Origin: Chthoniobacterales bacterium | GTDB taxonomy: Bacteria > Verrucomicrobiota > Verrucomicrobiia > Chthoniobacterales > DASVRZ01 | Assembly: GCA_039930045.1 (NCBI GenBank) | Contig: JBDSQB010000010.1 | Coordinates: 18,264-82,263, forward strand | DNA length: 64,000 nucleotides | Direction: 5' to 3' | Part shown: one piece after another, positions 17,892-26,750 of the stretch | How positions within the stretch are numbered: the stretch's first letter is position 1 | How the letters are laid out: each line of letters starts with the position of its first letter | Position numbers and translations under genes: made by a program | Notes under the pieces: model-generated | Databases searched by the model: none | What the model saw: the letters and a program-made list of their open reading frames with translations, nothing else | What the model was told of the DNA's origin: nothing

Positions 17892-18836
17892 TTAAGCCGT
17901 CAGCGCTGCGACCGCTTTCTCCAGCGAGGCCACGTCGGAAATTGAAATCACCGGCGTGTCCTTGCGGATACGGTTGACCAAACCGGCGATCACCGCGCCG
18001 GGACCGAGTTCGAGAAACAGATCGACCTTCAACTCGTCCAGCAGGTAGGTGATCGACTCCGTCCAGCGCACGCTGCCGGTGACTTGCTCAGCCAGCGTTT
18101 CGCGAATGCGCCCTGGCTCCGTCACCGCCGCCGCGTCCACATTGCAGACCACCGGCACCGAGGGCACATTCATCGTCGTCGCCGCCAGCGCGGTGGACAA
18201 TTTCTGATACGCCGGCTCCATCAGCCGCGAGTGAAACGCGCCCGCCACATTCAGCGTCGTCGCCCGGCGCACGCCCGCTTCCTTGGCCATCGACACCGCC
18301 AGCGCGATCTTCGACGCCTCGCCCGAGAGCACGATCTGACCCGGACAATTCAAATTTGCCACATCCACATCGGTCTGCGCGGCGAGCGAGCGCACATCGT
18401 TTTCCTCACCGCCGATCATCGCCGCCATGCCGCCGTTCGTGCTGTTGCAGGCTTCCTCCATGAAACGGCTGCGCTGGGCCACGAGTTCCAGTCCAGTCGG
18501 AAAATCAAACGTCCCCGCCGCGCAATGCGCTGTAAATTCCCCAAGCGACAACCCCGCTGTCGCGACAAAAGTCAGGTCCGGCACCCGCTGCAGCAGTGCG
18601 CTCAGACAAGCGATCCCATGAACGTAAAGCGCGGGCTGACAGACCGAGGTGCGGGTCAATTCCTCCGCCGGACCGGTGAAAGCGATCTGACTCAACGGAA
18701 AAGCGAGCCGTTCATCCGCCTCATTGAAGAGTGCCTGGACAATGGGAAAGGCGGCGGCGAGGTCCTGGCCCATGCCGACGGCCTGGGCGCCTTGACCGGA
18801 AAAAAGGAGGGCAATGCGTTTGGTGGAGGTATTCAT
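17892..18836 (-). CDS. fabD: malonyl-CoA:ACP transacylase
   Basis: LFSGQGAQ start, active-site GLSLGE (GHSLGE-like) motif, 314 aa. Confidence 0.93.
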   Translation of the reverse strand: MNTSTKRIALLFSGQGAQAVGMGQDLAAAFPIVQALFNEADERLAFPLSQIAFTGPAEELTRTSVCQPALYVHGIACLSALLQRVPDLTFVATAGLSLGEFTAHCAAGTFDFPTGLELVAQRSRFMEEACNSTNGGMAAMIGGEENDVRSLAAQTDVDVANLNCPGQIVLSGEASKIALAVSMAKEAGVRRATTLNVAGAFHSRLMEPAYQKLSTALAATTMNVPSVPVVCNVDAAAVTEPGRIRETLAEQVTGSVRWTESITYLLDELKVDLFLELGPGAVIAGLVNRIRKDTPVISISDVASLEKAVAALTA

Positions 18837-19600
18837 AATTGGAAGAAAGATTCTGCCGTGACCGTGGTGTGTTTGGCAAATGTTTCGAGCGTCTCACCGC
18901 GCGCGGCAGCGAGAGTTTCTGCGACGAGCCGGGTGTGAGCCGGTTCGCAGCGCTTTCCGCGAAACGGGACCGGGGCCAGATACGGACAGTCGGTCTCGAC
19001 CATGAATTGACCCGGCTGCAACGCCCGTGCAGCGGTGCGCATGTTTTCGCCATTCTTAAACGTCGCGATGCCGGTAAAGGAAACGAGATGCCCCATGTCG
19101 ATCACCTGCCGGAGCCGATCCAGGTCCTCGCCAAAACAGTGAAAAACCGCCCGAATCTGGCTGCCATATTCCGCGAGAATGGCCACGGTATCGTCCCAAG
19201 CCGCGCGCTGGTGAATGACCACATTCAAATGAAACTCCGCCGCCAGCTCCAGTTGCTGACGGAAGAAAACTGCCTGCCGCACCTTCTGTTTGTCCGTCTC
19301 GTTGCGATAATAATCCAATCCGGTTTCCCCAATAGCCGCGATGCGATGGCTGGCCGCCATTTCCCTCAAACTCGACTGAAAATCATCCGGCTCCTCATCG
19401 ACCGCATTCGGATGCATCCCGATGACCGGAAAAATTTGCGGGTGCATTTCCGCCAGCCCGATCACCGCCCGGCTGCTCTCGAGTCCGGTCGCAATGCTCA
19501 CCATCCGAGTCACACCCGACTCCGCCGCGCGTGCCAGAATCTCCAAAAAATCCGGCGCAAAATCCGGGTAATCCAGATGCGCATGAGTGTCGATCAGCAT
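18833..19600 (-). CDS. tatD: TatD family metal-dependent hydrolase/DNase
   Basis: MLIDTHAHLD N-terminus, 255 aa. 4-bp overlap with the fabD start. Confidence 0.9.
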   Translation of the reverse strand: MLIDTHAHLDYPDFAPDFLEILARAAESGVTRMVSIATGLESSRAVIGLAEMHPQIFPVIGMHPNAVDEEPDDFQSSLREMAASHRIAAIGETGLDYYRNETDKQKVRQAVFFRQQLELAAEFHLNVVIHQRAAWDDTVAILAEYGSQIRAVFHCFGEDLDRLRQVIDMGHLVSFTGIATFKNGENMRTAARALQPGQFMVETDCPYLAPVPFRGKRCEPAHTRLVAETLAAARGETLETFAKHTTVTAESFFQL

Positions 19601-19603
19601 GAC

Positions 19604-20653
19604 TCACCATTGAATGACCGAGCTGGCCCAGGTGAGGCCGCCGCCGAAGACGACTAACAGGACGTAGTCGCCTTCTTTCATGCGGCCGGAGCGGTTGGCC
19701 TCGTCTAGCGCGATGGCGACGGCGGCTGCGGAGGTGTTGCCGTATTTGTCGAGGTTTACGAAGAAGCGGTCCATGGGGAGTTTCATTCGGTCGGCGATGG
19801 CCTCGATGATGCGAATGTTGGCCTGATGCGGGATGACGCAGGCGATCTGGTCGGTGGTGATGCCGGCCTCGTCGAGCGCGGTGGTGGCGGCGCGGAGCAT
19901 GGCGGTGACGGCTTGTTTGTAGGTCTCCTTGCCGTTCATCTTGATGGTGTTCAGATGCGCGTCGAAGTTCTCGGGCGTGACGGGACAGGCCGAGCCACCG
20001 CCGGGCATGATGAGGATGTCGGAGTAGTTGCCGTCGCTGCCCATGTCGGTGCTGAGGATGCCGTGGGTGCCCTCGCGGGATTGCAAAATGGCTGCGCCCG
20101 CGCCGTCGCCGAAGAGCACGCAGGTGTTGCGGTCGGTCCAATCGACGCAACTGCTCAGTTTGTCCGCACCGATGACGAGGATGGTCTCGTAGGTGTGGTT
20201 GCAGATGAATTGCTGGGCGACTTCAATACCGTAGAGGAAGCCGGAGCAGGCGGCGGAAAGGTCGAAGCAGGCGGCATTTTTTGCGCCGAGTTTCTTTTGC
20301 ACCCAGCAGGCGGTGGCGGGGAAAAACGTGTCGGGCGTGACCGTGGCCACGATGATCATGTCGATCTCTTCAGCGGTGACCCCGGCCTGTTCCATCGCGC
20401 GCTGGGCTGCGGAAACGCACATGTCGCTGGTCTGTTCGCCGTCGGCGGCGATGCGGCGTTCCTTGATGCCGGTGCGGCTGACGATCCATTCGTCGGAGGT
20501 CTCGACGAGTTTTTCGAGCTCGGCGTTGGTCAGGATTTTCTCGGGAACATAACTGCCGGTTCCGACGATGGAGACGGGCCTACGGGGCTGAATGGGACGC
20601 AGCTTCATGAGGTGTGGCGAAACGCGCATCGTAAGCGGCGATCTGCTCGACAA
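19604..20653 (-). CDS. fabH: 3-oxoacyl-ACP synthase III
   Basis: IVGTGSYVP, active-site C in SAACSGF, HQANIRI and GGGLTWAS motifs. The true start is possibly M16 (20608), which would reduce the overlap with plsX. Confidence 0.93.
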   Translation of the reverse strand: MSSRSPLTMRVSPHLMKLRPIQPRRPVSIVGTGSYVPEKILTNAELEKLVETSDEWIVSRTGIKERRIAADGEQTSDMCVSAAQRAMEQAGVTAEEIDMIIVATVTPDTFFPATACWVQKKLGAKNAACFDLSAACSGFLYGIEVAQQFICNHTYETILVIGADKLSSCVDWTDRNTCVLFGDGAGAAILQSREGTHGILSTDMGSDGNYSDILIMPGGGSACPVTPENFDAHLNTIKMNGKETYKQAVTAMLRAATTALDEAGITTDQIACVIPHQANIRIIEAIADRMKLPMDRFFVNLDKYGNTSAAAVAIALDEANRSGRMKEGDYVLLVVFGGGLTWASSVIQW

Positions 20654-21623
20654 TGTGCGGATTTACTTTGTGGGAAACAGATTCCACTGCAACTCGAATC
20701 GCATTTTTCATCGCACGCGGGCTGCTCGATCCATGGGCGATGATGACGATGCCATTGACGCCGAGGAGCGGACTGCCGCCGTATTCGTCGGGGTCGATGC
20801 GTTTTTTCAGGGCGCGGAAGGCTCCTTTCGCCAGATAAGCGCCGGCCATGCGAATGGGGCTTTTCACGAGTTCGTGCTTGAGCCACGACATGATGGCGAC
20901 AGCGATGGATTCGCAAGTTTTCAGGACGACATTGCCGACAAAGCCGTCGCAGACGACGACTTCGACGGGGTCTTCAAAGAGATCGTGGCCCTCGACATTG
21001 CCCCGGAAATTGAGGCCCGACTGCTTCAACAACGGGAAAACTTCCTTGGTGAATCCAGTGCCTTTCGTATCTTCGCCGCCGATCGACATCAGGCCGACGG
21101 ACGGGTTTTCGTAGCCGAGAACGTGCTTGGAATAAACCGAGCCCATGATGCCGTATTGGAGCAAATGCATCGCCTTGGGATCGGGATTCGCCCCGGCGTC
21201 TATGATGAGAAAAAGGTTGGTCTCCGTCGGCATGACGGTGGCGATACCGGGACGATCCACGCCGGGCAATGTGCGGAGTTTGATCTGTGCGGCGGTGACG
21301 ACCGCCCCGGTGTGACCCGCCGAGACGAAGGCGTCGGCGTGGCCGGATTTCACGAGTTCCATTGCTCTCGCTAAGGAGGAATCTTTCTTTTTCCGCACCG
21401 CGTCGAGCGCGGCATCGGTCATCAGGACGACTTCCGTGGTGTGCAAAAACTCGATGCGCGGATCGGAGAATTTTTGTGATTCGAGTTCCAGTCGAATGGC
21501 GGATTCATCGCCGACCAGATAGAGTTTTTCAATTTCAGGAAACTCCTGAAGCGCCTGAATGGCTCCAGCGATTTCATTTTTTGGGGCAAAGTCGCCGCCC
21601 ATTGCGTCGAGGGCAACCTTCAT
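20580..21623 (-). CDS. plsX: phosphate acyltransferase PlsX
   Basis: MKVALDAMGGDFAP N-terminus, 347 aa. Confidence 0.93.
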   Translation of the reverse strand: MKVALDAMGGDFAPKNEIAGAIQALQEFPEIEKLYLVGDESAIRLELESQKFSDPRIEFLHTTEVVLMTDAALDAVRKKKDSSLARAMELVKSGHADAFVSAGHTGAVVTAAQIKLRTLPGVDRPGIATVMPTETNLFLIIDAGANPDPKAMHLLQYGIMGSVYSKHVLGYENPSVGLMSIGGEDTKGTGFTKEVFPLLKQSGLNFRGNVEGHDLFEDPVEVVVCDGFVGNVVLKTCESIAVAIMSWLKHELVKSPIRMAGAYLAKGAFRALKKRIDPDEYGGSPLLGVNGIVIIAHGSSSPRAMKNAIRVAVESVSHKVNPHIVEQIAAYDARFATPHEAASHSAP

Positions 21624-21717
21624 TCGAGTAACATCCTATTCTTCAACATAAACAAAACGAGATGCCAGTGAATCAAATCACAGTGGCATCTCGCAAGATT
21701 GGAATGTGGCTCGTGGC

Positions 21718-21897
21718 TCAGCCCTCGATGGTGAGGACTTGGCGGCCGTTGTAGTAGCCGCAGGAGGCGCAGGCAATGTGGGATGGCTTCCGGCTGCCGC
21801 ACTGGCCGCATTTGCCGAATTGAGGGGCATGCCAGCGGTTGGCCGCACGGCGGGTGCGCAAGCGCATTTTCGAGGTTTTACGTTTTGGAACTCCCAT
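21718..21897 (-). CDS. rpmF: 50S ribosomal protein L32
   Basis: 59-aa translation MGVPKRKTSKMRLRTRRAANRWHAPQFGKCGQCGSRKPSHIACASCGYYNGRQV. Missed by the ORF track (too short). Canonical position upstream of plsX. Confidence 0.9.
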   Translation of the reverse strand: MGVPKRKTSKMRLRTRRAANRWHAPQFGKCGQCGSRKPSHIACASCGYYNGRQVLTIEG

Positions 21898-21898
21898 G

Positions 21899-22375
21899 TT
21901 AACTCCTTGGTCTAATCTGTAATTGGTCTAAAGCGTCCCACGCCTTGGGAGCGTTGGACGTAATTGGTTCGTCGGTTAAATTGATTTCTACCGAAGTCAG
22001 ACGAACGCCGGGGCAAATCGTCTGGCCATCCCAATCGCAATGCGGGTGGGTCGGAAGGGCCAGCAATATGTCCTCCCTCATGGCGGGCGTCAAGTCGATC
22101 ATTTCGGGTCCGGTGAGTTCCATTTGCGTGGCAAATTCATCAAAGTGAAATGTCCGCTCAAACTTCTGCAAGCAGCGCACACATTCCATTTCCAATCCCA
22201 CGGAAAGCTGGCCCGTGGCAAAGAGCCCGCCTTCCGACAATCCGACGTCAATCGAGTAATGCACCGGCGAGACCGGTTTGATCAAATCCTCGGCGTTCAG
22301 CTCTAAAATATCACGATCCTCATCCCCTTCGAGATGGAGACCCTCCGGCGGTATTTGGTTGAGATGGACTTTCAT
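21899..22375 (-). CDS. yceD: YceD/DUF177 family protein (large ribosomal subunit accumulation)
   Basis: C-terminal CxxC...CxxC (CVRCLQKF / HCDWDGQTICP). Canonical position upstream of rpmF. Start at MKVHLNQ. Confidence 0.8.
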   Translation of the reverse strand: MKVHLNQIPPEGLHLEGDEDRDILELNAEDLIKPVSPVHYSIDVGLSEGGLFATGQLSVGLEMECVRCLQKFERTFHFDEFATQMELTGPEMIDLTPAMREDILLALPTHPHCDWDGQTICPGVRLTSVEINLTDEPITSNAPKAWDALDQLQIRPRS

Positions 22376-22421
22376 AATGCAGCTAATTTCTGGCAGAAAA
22401 CGGGAAACGCCAGTCAGGAAT

Positions 22422-22913
22422 TTATCCGATGGAGCTGACGGCAAATTTCCGGGTCAGCGCCTGTAGGACGACTTTGGGCACGAAATGCGAGACATCGCCG
22501 CCGAGCCGGGCCACTTCCTTCACGATTCGCGAGCTTATGTAGGTGTAATCCTCTTTCGGAGTCAGGAAAATCGTCTCGAACGAGGCCTCCAGCTTGCGAT
22601 TCATCAGAGCCATTTGGAACTCGAATTCAAAATCCGACACCGCGCGGAGTCCGCGAACGACGGCCACCGCTTTTTCCTCGCGCACCAGATCGACCAGCAA
22701 CCCGTCGAAACGCACCACACGCACGTTTCCGAGATGGCTCGTGCATTCGCGGATGAGTTCCACCCGTTCCTCCATCGAAAAAAGCGGGCCTTTCGAGCGA
22801 TTGAAAGCCGCCGCTACGATAATTTCATCGAAAAGATGCGCCGCGCGCTCCAGCACATCCAGGTGACCAAACGTCATTGGATCGAAACTCCCGGGGTAAA
22901 TCGCTTTGCGCAC
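22422..22913 (-). CDS. coaD: phosphopantetheine adenylyltransferase
   Basis: MRKAIYPGSFDPMTFGHLD (HxGH nucleotidyltransferase motif), 163 aa. Confidence 0.92.
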   Translation of the reverse strand: MRKAIYPGSFDPMTFGHLDVLERAAHLFDEIIVAAAFNRSKGPLFSMEERVELIRECTSHLGNVRVVRFDGLLVDLVREEKAVAVVRGLRAVSDFEFEFQMALMNRKLEASFETIFLTPKEDYTYISSRIVKEVARLGGDVSHFVPKVVLQALTRKFAVSSIG

Positions 22914-22960
22914 GCCAGCGACTCTGCGCTTCTCCGCAGACTTCGGAAATAAAAAAATGG

Positions 22961-23575
22961 CTACTCCAGATATTTTGCCAGCGATTCGCGTAGCGCGGTG
23001 CGCGCGCGGAAGAGCAGACTTTTCACGCCGGGCACGGTCTGTTTTAGCACGATGGCCATTTCTTCGTAGGGCATTTCCTCATAGCGTCGCAGGATGATCG
23101 CCATGCGCTGCTGCTCGGGTAAAGCGTCGATGGCCGACTGAATCGCCGACATTTTCTCCGCGTCGAGCAACTCGGCGGAGGGAGTTTTTTGCTGGTCGTC
23201 GCGCATTTCGTCGTCCACCGAATCCTGCAAATCCGCCCGGGTCCGACGGCGTGATTCATTGAAAACCAGATTCCGCACAATGGTGTAGAGCCACGTGGTA
23301 AATTTCGCACTCGGCTGGTAGCGACCTGATGATTTCCAGACGCGGACAAAGACTTGTTGTGCCAAATCCTCCGCCTCGCGCTCCGAGCCAAGCATCCGCA
23401 CAATCGTCCCATAAACGCGATTTTGATGACGCTCAATTAGTTCCCGCATTGCCGACTCATCACCCGACGCGATCAGGCGCATGAGAGCCAGATCGCGCTC
23501 ATTTTCGATGTCGGGCAGGGCAGGGGAACTCACCAGCGACAACGATGTTCCGATCCTCGGCAGGGCACAAGTCAT
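22961..23575 (-). CDS. ECF-type RNA polymerase sigma-70 family sigma factor
   Basis: Region 2 (DLAQQVFVRVWKS, FTTWLYTIVRN) and region 4 (LPEQQRMAIILRRYEEMPYEEMAIVLKQTVPGVKSLLFRARTAL). The N-terminal 177 aa of the track ORF are antisense to the mqnE-like gene and not real. The start at 23575 (or 23581) is uncertain. Confidence 0.85.
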   Translation of the reverse strand: MTCALPRIGTSLSLVSSPALPDIENERDLALMRLIASGDESAMRELIERHQNRVYGTIVRMLGSEREAEDLAQQVFVRVWKSSGRYQPSAKFTTWLYTIVRNLVFNESRRRTRADLQDSVDDEMRDDQQKTPSAELLDAEKMSAIQSAIDALPEQQRMAIILRRYEEMPYEEMAIVLKQTVPGVKSLLFRARTALRESLAKYLE

Positions 23576-23680
23576 TCCCATTTGGAACTGCGCGTCGGCG
23601 GGAAAGTTGCGTCCAGATTCGAGTCGCACTCGGATGTCTTCTTGAATAAACCCCGGATTGTGAAAACTTTCACAAAGTCC

Positions 23681-24796
23681 ATGCACGCCTTTTTCGACCG
23701 ACTCCTTCCTGCCAATCTTCGGCCCATTTTTGCCAAAGTCGTCGAAGGCGTCCGCATCAGCGACCAGGACGCGCTCACCCTCTACGCCTCCAACGACCTC
23801 CAGGCCATCGGCCTCATCGCCGATCATGTGCGCCGTCAGAAGAATGGAAGTCGCGCCTCCTACATTCTCAATCGCTACATCAATTATTCGAATCTCTGCA
23901 TCCTCTCCTGCCAGTTCTGCGCCTTTGCCGCGAGGAAACGCGACGCGCACGCCTTCGAGATGGCCATCCCCGAAGTCATCGCCAAAACGAAGGAAGCGCT
24001 CGCCCAGGGCATCACCGAGATTCACATGGTCGGCGGTTTGCATCCCACTTTGAAGGGCGACTGGTATCTCGAACTCCTCAGTTCGCTGCGCGCACTCGAC
24101 CCCGACTTGCATCTAAAAACCTTCACCGCCATCGAGATCCGCCACCTTGCGCAGCGCGTTTTTAAGAAATCCATCCGCGAAACGCTGGAACTCCTCCGCG
24201 AAGCCGGTCTCGGCTCGCTCACTGGCGGCGGCGCAGAAATTTTCGACCCCGAGATTCGCGACCAGATCTGCCGCGGCAAAGAATCCGGCGCCGAATGGCT
24301 CGAAGTCCATCGCACCTGGCACGAAATGGGCGGGCGTTCGACTTCCACCATGCTCTTCGGTCACCTCGAAACGTCGGCGCACCGGGTCGACCACCTCCGC
24401 CAGCTCCGCGAACTCCAGGACGACATCGGCGGCTTCACCGGCTTCGTCCCGTTCGCCTTTGTCCCAGAAACCACCGAGATGGCCCACATTCCACCCGCCA
24501 CCGCCTTTGACGAACTCCGCAACCTCGCCGTCAGCCGCATCTACCTCGATAATTTCGACCACATCACCGGCTACTGGATTGCAATGGGACTCCCGCTTGC
24601 GCAGCTCTCGCTGAACTACGGCGTGGACGACCTCCACGGCACGATTATGGAGGAAAAAATCTTCCACATGGCCGGCGCGACCACCCCGCAATCGCAGACC
24701 GTGAAAACCATGGAAAAAACCATCCGCGAAGCCGGCTTCGAGCCGTTTCAACGCGACAGTTTTTACAACGCCATCGAGGACTTGGCACCCGCTTAA
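23681..24796 (+). CDS. radical SAM menaquinone (futalosine pathway) enzyme, MqnE/MqnC family (CofH-like)
   Basis: CILSCQFCAF CxxxCxxC radical-SAM motif preceded by YINYSNLC. The N-terminus aligns with aminofutalosine synthase. Start at ATG 23681 (the track TTG at 23582 is less likely). Confidence 0.8.
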   Translation: MHAFFDRLLPANLRPIFAKVVEGVRISDQDALTLYASNDLQAIGLIADHVRRQKNGSRASYILNRYINYSNLCILSCQFCAFAARKRDAHAFEMAIPEVIAKTKEALAQGITEIHMVGGLHPTLKGDWYLELLSSLRALDPDLHLKTFTAIEIRHLAQRVFKKSIRETLELLREAGLGSLTGGGAEIFDPEIRDQICRGKESGAEWLEVHRTWHEMGGRSTSTMLFGHLETSAHRVDHLRQLRELQDDIGGFTGFVPFAFVPETTEMAHIPPATAFDELRNLAVSRIYLDNFDHITGYWIAMGLPLAQLSLNYGVDDLHGTIMEEKIFHMAGATTPQSQTVKTMEKTIREAGFEPFQRDSFYNAIEDLAPA

Positions 24797-24825
24797 ACGA
24801 CGAAAATCAGTGAGGCACAGCCTCT

Positions 24826-25689
24826 CTAACGAAATTCAGCGGAAATGATTTTCCCGATCTCTGCGATCACGGCGTCTTTTTCATCGCCGCTGGCTTGGGA
24901 GCCGGAGGAATAGGCGGCGATCACAAGGGGTTTCCGACCCGGAATCCAGACGATGGCAATGTCATTGGAAGCCCCATTTTCGCCGGAACCCGTCTTGTCA
25001 CCCACTTTCCAAGTCGGATTGAGCCCGGCACGCAACTTCTTGGCTCCAGTCTGGCAACCCACCATCCAATCGGTGAGATGCTGGCGGGATTGGGCGGAAA
25101 GAATGTCACTGGTAAGCAGTTTCGCCAGCGTCTGCGCCATGGCGACCGGAGTAGTGGTGTCGCGCTCGTCGTCGGGCAGATTCGTGTTGAGCGTCGGCTC
25201 GTTGCGATCCAGCCGCGTCGCTTGGTCACCAATCGAGCGCAGATATTTCGTCAGTCCCGCCGGGCCGTCGATCGTGGCGAGGAGCAGATTGGCCGCCGTG
25301 TTATCGCTCCACTCGACTGCTGCCTGGCAAAGATCGGCCACCGACATTTCGCCTTTCGCGATGTGTTTGCCCGTCACAGGCGCGTAGGAAAGAAGGTCGG
25401 AAGAACCGTAAGTGATCTTCCGCGACAGATTCTCCTGACCCGCATCGACCCTGGCCAGCACCGCAGCCACAAGCACCACTTTGAACGTGCTGGCCATGGC
25501 AAAACGCTCATCACCTCGATGGCTAAAAACTTGGCCCGTTTCCGTATCCAGCACCGCCACTCCGAGCCGGCTCGCGCTCTTTTCTTCGAGTTCGATCAGA
25601 CTCTGTTCAAAGCGCTTCTCATCCGCCGCTGGCAACGACAGACAGCTCGATAAGAGAAGAAATAGGAAGGTCAAAAGCCGCATGATCAT
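24826..25689 (-). CDS. bla: class A beta-lactamase
   Basis: STFK (ASTFKV), SDN (EWSDNTAAN), E...N and KTG (DKTGSG) motifs. Signal peptide MIMRLLTFLFLLLSSCLSLPAA. Confidence 0.88.
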   Translation of the reverse strand: MIMRLLTFLFLLLSSCLSLPAADEKRFEQSLIELEEKSASRLGVAVLDTETGQVFSHRGDERFAMASTFKVVLVAAVLARVDAGQENLSRKITYGSSDLLSYAPVTGKHIAKGEMSVADLCQAAVEWSDNTAANLLLATIDGPAGLTKYLRSIGDQATRLDRNEPTLNTNLPDDERDTTTPVAMAQTLAKLLTSDILSAQSRQHLTDWMVGCQTGAKKLRAGLNPTWKVGDKTGSGENGASNDIAIVWIPGRKPLVIAAYSSGSQASGDEKDAVIAEIGKIISAEFR

Positions 25690-25718
25690 AGGATGACTGT
25701 AGCTCATCCTATGAATGC

Positions 25719-26726
25719 TCAACCGCGAATCGCCCAGCGGAGTTTGGCGGAGGTGGAGCGGGGATTCGCGTGCTGCTCCTGTGGGCTGGCGCGGATGACG
25801 GTGCGGCAGATTTCACTGTAACTCCCGTCGGCCAGACCGGCTTTCAAGGCGTGTTTCACCCGACGATCTTCGCCGGAATGAAAGGTGAGAATCGCCACCC
25901 GCGCGCCGGGGTTGAGGACAAACGGGAGGTTCCGCAAAAACGTGTCGAGCGCGGAAAATTCCTCATTCACCGCGATCCGGATCGCTTGAAAAACCCGGCG
26001 CACAGTCGCATCCAACTCGGCGGCCTTGGCGGCAGCGGCGATCTCGGAGCGGAGTTGCAGTGTGGTCTCGAATTTCCGACCGGCGAGTCGGCTCGCAATC
26101 GACTCTGCGTGAGGTTCGTCGGCGTTCTCGCGGAGCGCATCGGCCAGTTTGGCGGTGTCGATTTTCTCCAGCCATTGCGACGCGGAAAGTCCGCGGCCCG
26201 GATTCATCCGCATGTCGAGCGGACCGTCGAATTTCACGGAAAACCCCCGCTGCGGATCGTCGATTTGCATCGAAGACAAACCCAAATCGGCCAGCACACC
26301 ATCGACGCCATTCCACCCTAACTCGCCTGTAATTTTCGCCAGCCCAGCGTAGTTGCTCTGGCGGATAATCAAGCTGGATTCGTCGAAACCCAATGCCCGC
26401 AAGCGCGCCTCCGTCTTCGGTTGCTCGATTGGATCGAGGTCGAGCCCGAGCAACACGCCACCCGGCTGCAGACGCGGCAAAATCGCACTCGCATGACCAC
26501 CAAAACCCAGGGTCGCATCGACAAATTTCTTCCCCGGCTGCGGCTGCAACACCTCCAGAATTTCATCCACCAGGATCGGGCGGTGCGCTCCGGCGGGCGT
26601 CTTGCCCGACTCCAAAACCTTGGCCAGCGTCTCGGCGTCGCCACGGTGCTCCTTGTATTTTTCCTCGAAACGGCGCGGATTTTTTCCGCTGTATCGCACG
26701 CGGCGTTTATGGGGTAAATCTGGCAT
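25719..26726 (-). CDS. rsmH: 16S rRNA (cytosine1402-N4)-methyltransferase
   Basis: HRPILVDEILEVL...DATLGFGGHA motif. Has a ~45-aa basic N-terminal extension. Confidence 0.88.
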   Translation of the reverse strand: MPDLPHKRRVRYSGKNPRRFEEKYKEHRGDAETLAKVLESGKTPAGAHRPILVDEILEVLQPQPGKKFVDATLGFGGHASAILPRLQPGGVLLGLDLDPIEQPKTEARLRALGFDESSLIIRQSNYAGLAKITGELGWNGVDGVLADLGLSSMQIDDPQRGFSVKFDGPLDMRMNPGRGLSASQWLEKIDTAKLADALRENADEPHAESIASRLAGRKFETTLQLRSEIAAAAKAAELDATVRRVFQAIRIAVNEEFSALDTFLRNLPFVLNPGARVAILTFHSGEDRRVKHALKAGLADGSYSEICRTVIRASPQEQHANPRSTSAKLRWAIRG

Positions 26727-26750
26727 CCCGCAAAGTATCGCCCGAGTTCC

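Noticed and set aside
22961-23580. Treating the whole 383-aa ORF 22961..24112 as one protein
   Set aside because: The N-terminal half is antisense to the radical-SAM gene. Sigma-factor homology starts near residue 200
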